Assembly: GCA_046597055.1 (NCBI GenBank)
Contig: JBKJLC010000107.1
Span: 1-22,838, forward strand
Direction of reading: 5' to 3'
Length of the DNA: 22,838 bases
From: Kofleriaceae bacterium
GTDB lineage: Bacteria; Myxococcota_A; Polyangia; Haliangiales; Haliangiaceae
Each line of letters starts with the position of its first letter. Positions within the stretch are counted from its first letter, which is position 1. The notes beneath the pieces were generated by a model, which worked only from the letters and a program-made list of their open reading frames with translations, was not told where the DNA came from and ran no database searches. Below are positions 7,459 through 18,627 of the stretch, piece by piece. A program made the position numbers and the translations under genes.

Positions 7459-8268
7459 ATGGGACTCTTCGACAAGCGCGACAAGAAGCGCAAAGACGAC
7501 TTCGATTCTCCGGTCGAGCAGGTCGATCTCGGTGCCGTGGCCCCGGCGCGCCCGCCGGGCGGCCCGGTCGCCAAGGCGCCCGAGCCTGCGGCGACACCAC
7601 CATCCACCACGGCCCCGGCGCCGGCATCAGCCTCGGCAGCAGCCCCGGCACCCGCGCCCGCCGCAGCCACGGCCGCGCCGATCTCGAACCCGATGACGAC
7701 CACCACCCCCTTGCGTCCGGCGCCGCGCCCGGCACCGAGCCCATCCATGGAGACCGACGACTACGGCATCGAGAAGGCGATCGAGCTGATGCGGACGCTG
7801 CCGAGCGACAACGTCGAGCTCGTCGTCCAGGTCGTGAAGTTCTCGCTGGAGTCGGTCGGCATCAAGCTGCCGACGATCATCGAGGACGCGACCCGGCGTC
7901 AGAAGGACATCACGGGCAAGATCACCGTTCGCAAGGACGAGATCACCGAGCTCGAGCAGGAGATCCGGACCCGCAAGGACGAGATCGAGGCGCTCGAGGA
8001 GGATCACCGCGAGACCACGATGGTGCGCGAGCGCCTCGAGCTGGCGGAGCAGATCGGACAGGCCGGCAAGAAGAAGCCGGCGGCCCCCGAGCCCCGGGAT
8101 CCCGGTCCGGATGCGAAGCTCGGGGACGCCAAGGCCGACGGAAAATCAGATGGCAAGACCGAAGGAAAATCGGACGGAAAGTCCGATGCTGCCGCCACGG
8201 CGGGCCGTCCGTCGCGCCAGACCGCCCCGCAACCGACCCTCGCTCCTCTGACGCCCACCAAGAAGTGA
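7459..8268 (+). CDS. Hypothetical coiled-coil protein
   Basis: SD GAGGGAGG before ATG 7459; MGLFDK N-terminus, Pro/Ala linker, helical core YGIEKAIELMRTLP...ELEQEIRTRKDEIEALEE. Confidence 0.85.
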   Translation: MGLFDKRDKKRKDDFDSPVEQVDLGAVAPARPPGGPVAKAPEPAATPPSTTAPAPASASAAAPAPAPAAATAAPISNPMTTTTPLRPAPRPAPSPSMETDDYGIEKAIELMRTLPSDNVELVVQVVKFSLESVGIKLPTIIEDATRRQKDITGKITVRKDEITELEQEIRTRKDEIEALEEDHRETTMVRERLELAEQIGQAGKKKPAAPEPRDPGPDAKLGDAKADGKSDGKTEGKSDGKSDAAATAGRPSRQTAPQPTLAPLTPTKK

Positions 8269-8322
8269 CGCGCGCCCCGACCGCGTCCGCGCGGCCGGGC
8301 GTCGATTGGATTTCGACTTTCC

Positions 8323-9495
8323 ATGCTTCGCCATCACATGACTGTCCTCACGAAGGACAACCGTCTCAAGCGGGAGGTCCAGCGCATCACTGCGGCGACC
8401 GCCTCGACGGCCGATTTCGGAAGCGAGCTCTCGCTGCTCGAAGGCAGCAAGCGCCCTGACCTCGTGATCGTCGACGGCCGCACCGGGCCGCCGCTGATCG
8501 GGCTCGAGGGCAAGGTCCCGCCGACCTGCCCGATCATCCACATCGTCGACGAGGAGCAGATGCTCGACGCCCTGCCGCGGTTCGCCGAGGGCCGGGTGGT
8601 GTCGATCATGGGCTACGGCGCGCGCTTCGACGATGACGAGTTCATCGCGAGCGCGACCAAGGCGCTGCGCGGCAACGTCTTCGGGCTCAACAAGTACTTC
8701 CCGTGGGGCGTCACGACCTACTCGGTCGTGGTGAACAACTACGAGCAGAAGTCGCGCGCGATCGACATCATCATCCAGTACGCCAACCTGGCCGGCATCC
8801 GGGCCCAGGTCCGCGAGCGGATCCAGACCGTCGCCGACGAGCTGATGATGAACGCGCTCTATCACGCGCCGACCGACGAGAAGGGCAACGAGAAGTACGC
8901 CGGTCGCTCGTTCAAGGACCTGGCCCAGCTCGACAACGTGGCGCCGATCGAGGTCCAGTACGGCTCGAGCGGTCGCTACTTCGGCCTGTCGGTGCGTGAC
9001 GGCGGCGGCTCGCTGACGCGCGCGCGCGCGATGAGGTACCTGACCAAGGCGACCACCGGGACCGCCGACATCGAGGAGAAGATCGGCGGCGCCGGCCTCG
9101 GTCTGGTGTCGGTGCTGCGCTCGGTGTCGAAGCTCGTGTTCAACCTCGACCCGGGCAACTCGACCGAGGTGATCGGTCTGTTCGACATCGAGCTGTTCGC
9201 GAAGGGCAAGGTCGGCGCGCGCTCGCTGCACCTGTTCACCGCGCGCGGCTCGACCGAGTCGGAGGCCGACGTCGCGCCCGAGGCCGAGGTGCCGCCGCCG
9301 CCGCCGGAGCCGCTCGCCGAGCCGGTGGCTGCACCTACCCGTAGGGGGGTGTGGTTGCTGGCCGCACTCCTGCTGGCGGTCGTGACTGCGATGGGAACCG
9401 CCGTGGTCATGAAGTCTGGTCGGGATGCCCCGTCGGCGGTGGATTGTCCACCAGCCAGCGGCACCGATCATGCCAACACCCGTCCCACCCCGTAG
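8323..9495 (+). CDS. Receiver-like + HATPase_c (RsbW/anti-sigma kinase-like GHKL) protein with C-terminal TM
   Basis: N-box VADELMMNALYHA, G1 VRDGGGSL, G2 GGAGLGL; N-terminal PDLVIVD; hydrophobic VWLLAALLLAVVTAMGTAVV; start may be ATG 8338. Confidence 0.8.
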   Translation: MLRHHMTVLTKDNRLKREVQRITAATASTADFGSELSLLEGSKRPDLVIVDGRTGPPLIGLEGKVPPTCPIIHIVDEEQMLDALPRFAEGRVVSIMGYGARFDDDEFIASATKALRGNVFGLNKYFPWGVTTYSVVVNNYEQKSRAIDIIIQYANLAGIRAQVRERIQTVADELMMNALYHAPTDEKGNEKYAGRSFKDLAQLDNVAPIEVQYGSSGRYFGLSVRDGGGSLTRARAMRYLTKATTGTADIEEKIGGAGLGLVSVLRSVSKLVFNLDPGNSTEVIGLFDIELFAKGKVGARSLHLFTARGSTESEADVAPEAEVPPPPPEPLAEPVAAPTRRGVWLLAALLLAVVTAMGTAVVMKSGRDAPSAVDCPPASGTDHANTRPTP

Positions 9496-9612
9496 GCGGG
9501 TGACGGTACGGCGGTGTGAGGGCGGGCTGAGCGCCCGCGCCCGGCGTGCGGGCGAGACACTGCCCCACGTTTCTAACCCCGCGCTGCACGCCGATCGGAG
9601 GGTCTCCCATGC

Positions 9613-9629
9613 CGGGCACGACCCGTGCA
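9613..9629 (+). promoter_or_regulatory. sigma54 (-24/-12)-like promoter
   Basis: CGGGCACGACCCGTGCA: GG(9615-16)-N10-GC(9627-28), 19 nt before kinase ATG. Confidence 0.5.
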
Positions 9630-9647
9630 CAATGACTCGCTGCCGCC

Positions 9648-11057
9648 ATGCAAAGCCTCATCAACGACACGGGTCTGGCAAGCCCCGCAGCCCGTCCGGC
9701 CCGTGTCGGTACGACGCTGCACCCGGATAGCGTTGTAGGGCCATGGCGGGTGGAGTACGAGCTTGGGCGCGGCGGGATGGGCTGCGTCTACGCCGTGGTC
9801 CACGAGGTGATCGGCAAGCGCGCGGCGATGAAGGTCATCCACCAGCACATGTTCACCCCGGCGTACACCGCCGAGCGGTTCCTGTTGGAGGCCCGCGCCG
9901 TCAACGTCGTCACCCACCCGAACATCGTCGACATCTTCGAGTCGGGCACCCTGGACGACGGCCGCCCGTACCTGATCATGGAGCGGCTGCACGGCAAGAC
10001 CCTGGGCGATCGCCTCGAGGAAGGCCGGATCCCGCCGGTCGAGGTCATCGACTACCTCCTCCCGCTGTGTGACGCGCTCGCCGCCGCCCATGGCGCCGGT
10101 GTTGTCCACCGCGACATCAAGCTGGACAACGTCTTCGTGGTCGACTGCCAGGGCACCACCTCTTTCGGCGGCACCTACGGGACCGTCGTGAAGCTCCTCG
10201 ACTGGGGCATCGCCTCGGTCGCCAGCGTCGACGGCGACAACTCGTTCCGCGACATGCTGGTGGGTACCCCCCGGTACGTCGCGCCCGAGCAGGCGCGTGG
10301 CGAGCCGGCGTCGCCGCCGTCCGATATCTACTCACTTGGCGTGGTGGCCTACGAGCTGTTCCTCGAGGCCCCGCCGTTCACCGCCGAGTCGGCCGCCGAG
10401 GTGCTGGCGATGCACCTGTCGGATCCGCCGCCGCCGCCGCGCGACGTCTGGCCGCAGATCCCGTCGGCGCTCGAAGATCTGCTGATGGACATGCTCGCCA
10501 AGTCACCGGCGCTGCGCCCGACGATCGAGCAGGTCGCCGAGCAGCTCCGCGCCATCCGCGCGTATCTGGTGACCCGGGCCCGCCCGTCCGATCAGGTCGC
10601 CGCGGTGTTTGCCGAGGGCAGCGGGCCGCACGTGCGCGAGGCGTTCGAGCGCGGTGCGACCGCGCTATCGACCGAGCTGCCGCGCCGGCGGCGCCGGTGG
10701 GCGCTCGCCAGCGTGGTCTGCGCGCTGGTCGCGCTCGGCGCCGGCGCTCGGCTGGTCACCACCCGTGCCAGCGCCGCCGCGCCCGCGTCCGTCGCGGCCG
10801 AGGTGCCGGCGCCCACGCCAGTGGCGATGGCGGTGAACGCGCCCGCCGGGGTGTCCGAGGTGAAGTCGGTCGCACCGCCGGTCACGACGACCCCGGTCTC
10901 CACGCGGTCGACCGCACGGCCCGTGCGCCGGGGGCCGATCAGCCGCGCCGGCGCCGACAGCCACGCCCGGGCCGCGCGCGACTCGGGGCGACTGGCCCCG
11001 GCGGCCCGCCCGGCCAGCCGTCGCATCCATCCTGACGACACCATCGACCCGTACTGA
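9648..11057 (+). CDS. Hanks-type Ser/Thr protein kinase with single TM
   Basis: GRGGMG, AAMK, HRDIKLDN, DWG, GTPRYVAPE, SDIYSLG; TM after RRRRR; C-terminal TIDPY tail. Confidence 0.95.
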   Translation: MQSLINDTGLASPAARPARVGTTLHPDSVVGPWRVEYELGRGGMGCVYAVVHEVIGKRAAMKVIHQHMFTPAYTAERFLLEARAVNVVTHPNIVDIFESGTLDDGRPYLIMERLHGKTLGDRLEEGRIPPVEVIDYLLPLCDALAAAHGAGVVHRDIKLDNVFVVDCQGTTSFGGTYGTVVKLLDWGIASVASVDGDNSFRDMLVGTPRYVAPEQARGEPASPPSDIYSLGVVAYELFLEAPPFTAESAAEVLAMHLSDPPPPPRDVWPQIPSALEDLLMDMLAKSPALRPTIEQVAEQLRAIRAYLVTRARPSDQVAAVFAEGSGPHVREAFERGATALSTELPRRRRRWALASVVCALVALGAGARLVTTRASAAAPASVAAEVPAPTPVAMAVNAPAGVSEVKSVAPPVTTTPVSTRSTARPVRRGPISRAGADSHARAARDSGRLAPAARPASRRIHPDDTIDPY

Positions 11058-11797
11058 TGCGCGCTCTCGCTCTCGCTCTCGCCCTGGCGCCGCTCGCGAC
11101 GATGCCCTCGTCGGCGGAGGCGGACCCGCCCGCGCCGACCGCGTCGGTCGAGGTGCGGGCGCGGGCCAAGGAGCAGAGCGACCGGGGTCGGCGCTTCTAC
11201 GAGCTCGGCGAGTACGACCGCGCGATCGCAGCCTACCGCGAGGCGTACATGATCCTGCCCAGCCCGGGGGTGCTGTTCAACCTCGGGCAGGCCCATCGCT
11301 TGAAGGGCGATTGCGTCGCTGCGGCGAGTTCGTATCGCGGCTTCCTCCGGACCGAGCCCGAGGGGCCGCCGCGCCGGCTGGCCGAGGCGCAGCTGGCCGA
11401 TGTCGAGAAGTGCGCCCGCGAAGCGCCGCCCCGGTTCACCTCGTCGGCGAGCGGTGGCCGCAGCCTGCGCGGCGCCGGCCTGGCCGCCGCGGTCGGTGGC
11501 GGCGTGCTGCTCGGAGCCGGCATGTACTTCGCGATCGACTCGGGCCGGGCCAGCAGCGAGGTCGAGCGTCACTACGCCGGGGGCGGCCGCTGGGCGGACA
11601 TTGCCGGCACCGACGCCCGTGGCAAGCGCTCGAGCGACTACGCGATCGCGCTCGGCGCCAGCGGCGGCGCCGCCCTGGCGACCGGCACCGTGCTGTATCT
11701 CCTCGGCGTGCGCTCCGACCGGGCGGCGACCGAGCCCAAGGTCTGGGTGACACCGGCCGCCAGCTCCACGCAGGTCGGGGTGTCGTGGGCGTGGTGA
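11057..11797 (+). CDS. Exported tetratricopeptide repeat protein with hydrophobic C-terminal segments
   Basis: Signal peptide; TPR GRRFYELGEYDRAIAAYREAY...LFNLGQAHRLKG; TGATG overlap with kinase stop. Confidence 0.88.
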   Translation: MRALALALALAPLATMPSSAEADPPAPTASVEVRARAKEQSDRGRRFYELGEYDRAIAAYREAYMILPSPGVLFNLGQAHRLKGDCVAAASSYRGFLRTEPEGPPRRLAEAQLADVEKCAREAPPRFTSSASGGRSLRGAGLAAAVGGGVLLGAGMYFAIDSGRASSEVERHYAGGGRWADIAGTDARGKRSSDYAIALGASGGAALATGTVLYLLGVRSDRAATEPKVWVTPAASSTQVGVSWAW

Positions 11798-12312
11798 GCG
11801 GCGCCCTCGCGGCGCTCGGCCTTTCGCTCGCCGTGTTCGTGCCTGGCTGCTACGACCCCGAGCTCCGCGACTGCACGGTGCAGTGTGCCGGCGCCGGCGA
11901 CTGTGCGGGTGATCAGGTCTGCGGCACCGATGGCTACTGCAGCGCGCCCGCGATCGCCGGGAGCTGCGGCGGCGAGGTCGTGATCGAGGGCACCCCCGAC
12001 GCCCGCCCGCCGATCGACGCCGCCGGCGCCACCCTGCGGATCGTGATCGCCGGCAAGGGCCGCGTCACGCTCGAGGCGCCCGAGTTCGCCTGCGAGAGCA
12101 GGGGCGCGATGATCTGCTTGGTGACGGTGCCGGCGTCGGCCAGCCTGGTGCTGGCCGCCACCGCGAACCCTAACCGGCGCTTCGAGGGCTGGACCACGGC
12201 CAACTGCTCGAGTCAGGGCGCGACCTGCACCGTGCTGGCCTCGACCGGGACCACGCTGGTCAAGGCGCGCTTCACCGGAGCCGACGACCTCGACGACGAC
12301 CGCGACGACTGA
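11794..12312 (+). CDS. Cys-rich lipoprotein with a C-terminal InlB-B-repeat-like beta domain
   Basis: GTGA overlap; lipobox VPGC; CTVQCAGAGDCAGDQVCGTDGYC; GKGRV...LAATANPNRRFEGW...CTV...ARF. Confidence 0.8.
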   Translation: MSGALAALGLSLAVFVPGCYDPELRDCTVQCAGAGDCAGDQVCGTDGYCSAPAIAGSCGGEVVIEGTPDARPPIDAAGATLRIVIAGKGRVTLEAPEFACESRGAMICLVTVPASASLVLAATANPNRRFEGWTTANCSSQGATCTVLASTGTTLVKARFTGADDLDDDRDD

Positions 12313-12324
12313 GCTCTCCCCACC

Positions 12325-14109
<1,785 letters not shown>

Positions 14110-14115
14110 CCCGCG

Positions 14116-14424
14116 CTACGTGCGCACCGCGGGGTCGAGCTTGTCGGCGACCGCGTCGCGGCGGTGCGCTGGCAGCAGGCGCATCACCAGGATGAAGCCG
14201 GAGACCACCAGGCACACCGAGTTGGTGATGATGATCGGCCACTTGCCGAGCAACATCCCGTAGGCCGCCCACAGCGCGAACGCCGCCGTGTTGAGGGCGA
14301 AGGTGCTCGCCGACAGTCCCTTGATGTCGCGCGTCTTGATGATCCGCCACGCCTGGGGCGCGAACGCCGTCATCGAGCCCGCCGAGGCGATCGCACCCAC
14401 GATCATCGCTGCGTCGACCTGCAT
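14116..14424 (-). CDS. SemiSWEET / PQ-loop (MtN3/saliva) transporter, 102 aa
   Basis: AFAPQAWRIIKTRDIKGLS (PQ motif), LWAAYG, WPIIITN; three TM helices; appears in the track only as the tail of a spurious 608-aa ORF. Confidence 0.9.
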   Translation of the reverse strand: MQVDAAMIVGAIASAGSMTAFAPQAWRIIKTRDIKGLSASTFALNTAAFALWAAYGMLLGKWPIIITNSVCLVVSGFILVMRLLPAHRRDAVADKLDPAVRT

Positions 14425-14436
14425 GCCGATCACGAA

Positions 14437-14453
14437 TGCAAGCCGCGCGCCTT
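14437..14453 (-). promoter_or_regulatory. sigma54 (-24/-12)-like promoter
   Basis: AAGGCGCGCGGCTTGCA: GG-N10-GC with TTGCA, 13 nt upstream of ATG 14424. Confidence 0.5.
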
Positions 14454-14462
14454 GGCCGGCCC

Positions 14463-16400
14463 TCAGCTGGCGCCGTAGCGCGCCAGTTCGGCCGGCGTGG
14501 GCCGCAACGTGCGTGGACGCCACGCCCAGCCGCTGTTCAGCAGAAAACCGAAGTTGCAGGCGGCGATGATGAACATCCGGTGCTCTGGCCACTGAACGGC
14601 GAGCGCGAACGCCACCGCATAGCCGGCCGCGCACGGCGTCATGCGCCGATCGATGCCGATCGCGAGCATCGCGGTGATGACCGCCCACAGGAAGATGAAC
14701 ACCACCTGCGACTGCGCGACGGTGAGCCCGAGCTGCGGCGATGCCAGCGCCAGCGCGGTCTGGCTGGCGAACAGGAGCATGCCGGTGGCGAACACCCGGC
14801 GGTTGACCAGCGTCTTGCCCATCGAGACCCGCGCCCACCAGCCGAACGTCAAGATCAGCACCATCAGGCCGACCGACCAGGTCGCCATGCGGTCGTGATC
14901 GCGGATGGCCAGGCGGGGCACCAGCCCGGCCACCAGCGGTGCGATCGTGAAGATCACACCGAGCAGCATCGCCAGGAAGAAGCGGGTGCGGGTGCCGATC
15001 GCGGCGTCGTGCAGCCGGTCGAGGCGCTCGAGCTCGGCATGGCGGCTGGCGAACGCGGCCGCCGCGGCGTGCGCCCGCGCGAGCAGCGCCGCGGGCGGAT
15101 CGGTCAGCTCGCCGAGCAGCGCGATCGACGCCCGGGGGGCATCGCCGAGCTCGAACTCGGCGACCGCGATGATCGCGCGGCGCAGGCCGGCGCGGGCCTC
15201 GTCGTTGTCGCGCCAGGCGACCAGCGCCTCGTGGAAGCCGAACCGACACGCGCCGAACAGCCGGTAGATCTCCTCGCGCCGGCTGGCCGGGTCGCCGCCG
15301 GTGGCGACCACGGCCAGCAGCTCGTCGAGGCGGACCTGGGCGCGCTCGGCCAGGCGCGCCGAGCCGCGATGCTCGAGGTAACCCTGCAGCGCCTGCTGCA
15401 GCTCCTCGGCCGAGCCGTGGCGCTGGGCGGGGTCGGCGTCCATCGCGCGCGCGCAGATCCGGGCCAGCTCGGGCGGCACCGACGCCGGCAGCGTCAGCTC
15501 CGACGCGATCACGCTGGCGATCACCTCGTAGGCGGTGGCGCCGGCATGGGGCGGCGCGCCGGTCACGAGCTCGTGAAGCACGGCGCCGGCCAGGTAGATG
15601 TCGGTGCGCTCCGACAGCGGCACGCCGCGCTCGCGGCCGAGCATCTCGGGTGCCATGTAGCACGGCGTGCCCGCCATCTCGGTGGCGTTGCGAGCCAGCG
15701 GCAGGCGGCCGCTGCCGTCGTCGATCAGGCTCACCGCGATGCCCCAGTCGAGGAGATAGACCTCGCCGAACCCGCCGACCATGACGTTGGCCGGCTTGAG
15801 GTCGCGGTGGATCACGCCGCGGCTGTGCGCGAACCGCACCGCGTTGAGCACCTGGATCAGGATGCCGAGGTTCCACGCCAGCAGGTCGGTGACACCGAAC
15901 CGCGCCGCGACCGCGGCCTCGTCCTCGAGCAGGTCGTGCCACGACACGCCCTCGATGCGCTTGAGGACGATCAGCGGTTGGCCGTCCTGGTCGAGGCCGA
16001 TGTGGTGCACCGGCACGATGTTGGGGTGCTCGAGCGAGCCGGTGACCCAGGCCTCACGCAGCAGATCGACCGCGGCGCCGGGATCGCGCTGGCCGGGCTT
16101 GAGGGACTTCACCGCGACCGTGCGACCGAGCGCGACCTGCTCGGCCAGGCGGATCACGCCCATGCCGCCCTCGCCCAGGGTGGCGCCGAGCACCAGCGGC
16201 TCGCCGGCGCCGGGGGCGCGACCGGCCAGCTCCTCGAGCACCGCGAGCGCGCGCTGGCCCCCGGTCGACGGCCGCGCCTCGGTCGGGACGATCGTCTTCG
16301 ACGGCGCCGCGTGCAGGGTCGCAGCCGACCCGGGGTCGAGAGTCCGTAGCCAGCTCGCGATCTCGTCCGCGAGTCCGGCGTCGGGGTCGCGGGTTCCCAT
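14463..16400 (-). CDS. Hanks-type Ser/Thr protein kinase with multi-pass C-terminal membrane domain
   Basis: GEGGMG, VAVK, HRDLKPAN, DWG, GTPCYMAPE; about six hydrophobic segments in the last ~170 aa. Confidence 0.95.
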   Translation of the reverse strand: MGTRDPDAGLADEIASWLRTLDPGSAATLHAAPSKTIVPTEARPSTGGQRALAVLEELAGRAPGAGEPLVLGATLGEGGMGVIRLAEQVALGRTVAVKSLKPGQRDPGAAVDLLREAWVTGSLEHPNIVPVHHIGLDQDGQPLIVLKRIEGVSWHDLLEDEAAVAARFGVTDLLAWNLGILIQVLNAVRFAHSRGVIHRDLKPANVMVGGFGEVYLLDWGIAVSLIDDGSGRLPLARNATEMAGTPCYMAPEMLGRERGVPLSERTDIYLAGAVLHELVTGAPPHAGATAYEVIASVIASELTLPASVPPELARICARAMDADPAQRHGSAEELQQALQGYLEHRGSARLAERAQVRLDELLAVVATGGDPASRREEIYRLFGACRFGFHEALVAWRDNDEARAGLRRAIIAVAEFELGDAPRASIALLGELTDPPAALLARAHAAAAAFASRHAELERLDRLHDAAIGTRTRFFLAMLLGVIFTIAPLVAGLVPRLAIRDHDRMATWSVGLMVLILTFGWWARVSMGKTLVNRRVFATGMLLFASQTALALASPQLGLTVAQSQVVFIFLWAVITAMLAIGIDRRMTPCAAGYAVAFALAVQWPEHRMFIIAACNFGFLLNSGWAWRPRTLRPTPAELARYGAS

Positions 16401-16458
16401 CCGCCCCGATAATAGCCCGGCTAGCCCCGCTACCGCCCGGGGACCGCCGCCGGGCGCC

Positions 16459-18552
16459 TCACTTCTTGCTGGGCTTGCCGGGCTTGCCGGCGGCGTAGCG
16501 ATCGATCCAGCCGAGCACCTGGTCGTGCCAGAGCCGCGAGTTGAGCGGCTTCTGCACCCAGTGGTTCTCGTCGGGGAAGTGCAGGAAGCGGCTGGGGATG
16601 CCCTTGCGCTGCAGGGCGGTGAAGGTCGACATGCCCTGGGTGTCGACCACGCGGAAGTCGTTGGCGCCGTGGATCACCAGCATCGGCGTCTTCCAGTTCT
16701 TCACCAGGTCGATCGGGTTGTGCTTGGCGTAGCCGGCCGGGTTCTCCCACGGCGTGCCGCCGTGCTCCCACTCGGGAAACCACAGCTCCTCGGTGTCGAA
16801 GTAGGCCAGCCGCTCGTCGAGGTTGCCGTCGTGGCAGACCAGCGCCTTGAACCGGTCGGTCTTGCCGGCGATCCAGTTGATCAGGTAGCCGCCGTACGAG
16901 GCGCCCAGCGCGGCCATCCGGTCGCCGTCGAGCCACGGGTACTCCGCCAGCGCCGCGTCGATCCCCAGCATCTGGTCGTCGAACGGCGCGCCGCCCCAGT
17001 CGCCGCGGATCGCGTCGGTGAAGGCCTGGCCGTAGCCGGTCGAGCCATGGAAGTCGATGAAGATCACGCCGAAGCCGCGCCCGGCGAAGACCTCGGGGTT
17101 CCAGCGGTAGTGGAAGTGATCGCCGAAGCTGCCCTGGGGCCCGCCATGGATGAGCACCGCGACCGGCACCTTGCCCGCGCGCTTCGGGTCGAAGCCGGCT
17201 GGCTTCATGACGAAGCCGTGGACGGTGTCGCCGCGGCCGCCCTTGAACGAGAACTGCTCGTACTCGCCCCAGGTGATCTGCTTCACGCGCGCGTCGTTGA
17301 GATGGGTGATCGCGCGCAGGTCGCTGCCGTCGAGCGCGGTCGAGAACAGCTCGGCCGGCTGGCGGAGCGTGTCGCGCACGAACACCAGCCGCTTGCCGGC
17401 CGGCCGCGGGCTGGTGTTGGTGCCCTTGGCGACGAGGACTTTCGGGACCCCGGTCGCAGCGTCGACCGCGTAGATCGCGTGGTGGCCGACGTCGTCGGTC
17501 GACGTGTAGATCGTCTTGCCGTCGGGGCTCCAGGCCAGCGACGACGCCGAGCGGTCCCAGGCCTCGGTGAGCACGCGCGGCTTGCGGCTGGCGACCGGAT
17601 AGAGGGTCACGCGCTGGCGGTCGGCCTCGTAGCCGGCGCGCGCCATCGCCAGCACCGCGAGGGTCTTGCCGTCAGGCGACCAGGTCGGGGCGAAGTCGTA
17701 GGCGCGGTTGGCGGCGGTCAGGTTGACCGGCTTGCCGCCAGTGACGGGCACCACGAAGACGTCGGTGTTGGTCGTCCACGCGAGGTCGCGGGTGCCGACC
17801 CGCGCGACGTAGGCGATCGCTCGGCCGTCGGGTGCGATCGCGACCTCGTCCATGCCGCCGAACGGGTGGGTCGGCGAGTCGGTGGTCTGCCCGGGCGTGA
17901 GGTCGCGGGCGTCGTCGGCCTTGCCGCCCGCGCTGGGCGGGGTCCACACGAACAGGTGCGAGTACTTGCCGTCCTCCCACTGATCCCAGTGCCGGAACAG
18001 CAGGTTGTCGTAGACGCGTGCCTTCACCGGCTGCTTGGCCGCGGCGGCGTCGCGCGCGACCGACGCCGCCAGGGTCTTGGTCCCCGGCCACACCTCGAGC
18101 GCGACCACCAGCCGCTGGCCGTCGGGGAACACCGCGAAGCCGCCGACGTCGACCGGGAGCCGGGTGACCTGCTCGGCCTCGCCGCCGGCCGGCGCGATCT
18201 TCCACACCTGGGTCGAGCCCGAGCGCGCCGACAGGAAGAAGATCGACGTGCCGTCGGGCGCCCACACCGCGCTGGTGTCGTCGTCGGGGTGGCTGGTCAG
18301 GCGCCGGGTCGACGAGCCGTCGACCGCGGCCAGCCACAGATCGGTGCGGCCCCGGTTGGCGTCGAGATCGGTCTCGCGGACCGTGAAGGCGACCCGGGCG
18401 CCGTCGGGCGACACCGCGGGCTCGGACACCCGCTGCATGGCGAGCATGTCGTCGATCGTCAGCCCGGTGGCGGCCGCCGGCGACGCGACGGCGAGCGGGG
18501 CCGCGAGGATGCCGAGCGTGGCGGGCACGAGCAGGCGGCGACAGACGGACAT
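16459..18552 (-). CDS. Exported S9 family peptidase (dipeptidyl-peptidase 5 / acylaminoacyl-peptidase-like)
   Basis: SD GAGGAG; signal peptide; PD40-like propeller repeats (WSPDG); IHGGPQG, GASYGG (Ser), DFRV (Asp), ENHW (His). Confidence 0.95.
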   Translation of the reverse strand: MSVCRRLLVPATLGILAAPLAVASPAAATGLTIDDMLAMQRVSEPAVSPDGARVAFTVRETDLDANRGRTDLWLAAVDGSSTRRLTSHPDDDTSAVWAPDGTSIFFLSARSGSTQVWKIAPAGGEAEQVTRLPVDVGGFAVFPDGQRLVVALEVWPGTKTLAASVARDAAAAKQPVKARVYDNLLFRHWDQWEDGKYSHLFVWTPPSAGGKADDARDLTPGQTTDSPTHPFGGMDEVAIAPDGRAIAYVARVGTRDLAWTTNTDVFVVPVTGGKPVNLTAANRAYDFAPTWSPDGKTLAVLAMARAGYEADRQRVTLYPVASRKPRVLTEAWDRSASSLAWSPDGKTIYTSTDDVGHHAIYAVDAATGVPKVLVAKGTNTSPRPAGKRLVFVRDTLRQPAELFSTALDGSDLRAITHLNDARVKQITWGEYEQFSFKGGRGDTVHGFVMKPAGFDPKRAGKVPVAVLIHGGPQGSFGDHFHYRWNPEVFAGRGFGVIFIDFHGSTGYGQAFTDAIRGDWGGAPFDDQMLGIDAALAEYPWLDGDRMAALGASYGGYLINWIAGKTDRFKALVCHDGNLDERLAYFDTEELWFPEWEHGGTPWENPAGYAKHNPIDLVKNWKTPMLVIHGANDFRVVDTQGMSTFTALQRKGIPSRFLHFPDENHWVQKPLNSRLWHDQVLGWIDRYAAGKPGKPSKK

Positions 18553-18627
18553 CAGGAGCTCCTCTGGATCACGGGGACGCGGAGTATGGACCAGACGCCC
18601 GGACGGCCGCGATCGAGCGCTGACTGA

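Noticed and set aside
10198..10209. DWG instead of DFG in both kinases as a pseudokinase sign
   Set aside because: Catalytic Lys, HRD and the Mg-binding Asp are intact; DWG is a tolerated variant
11062..11082. (GCTCTC)3 microsatellite, and DGKS-type repeats at 8137-8187
   Set aside because: In-frame coding repeats in a signal peptide and a disordered tail; no phase-variation potential
15781..18627. Long alternative ORFs (948 aa here; also 4562-6742, 11638-14010, 14436-16349, 420-2018)
   Set aside because: Antisense or shifted shadows of well-supported genes, expected in high-GC DNA; no motifs
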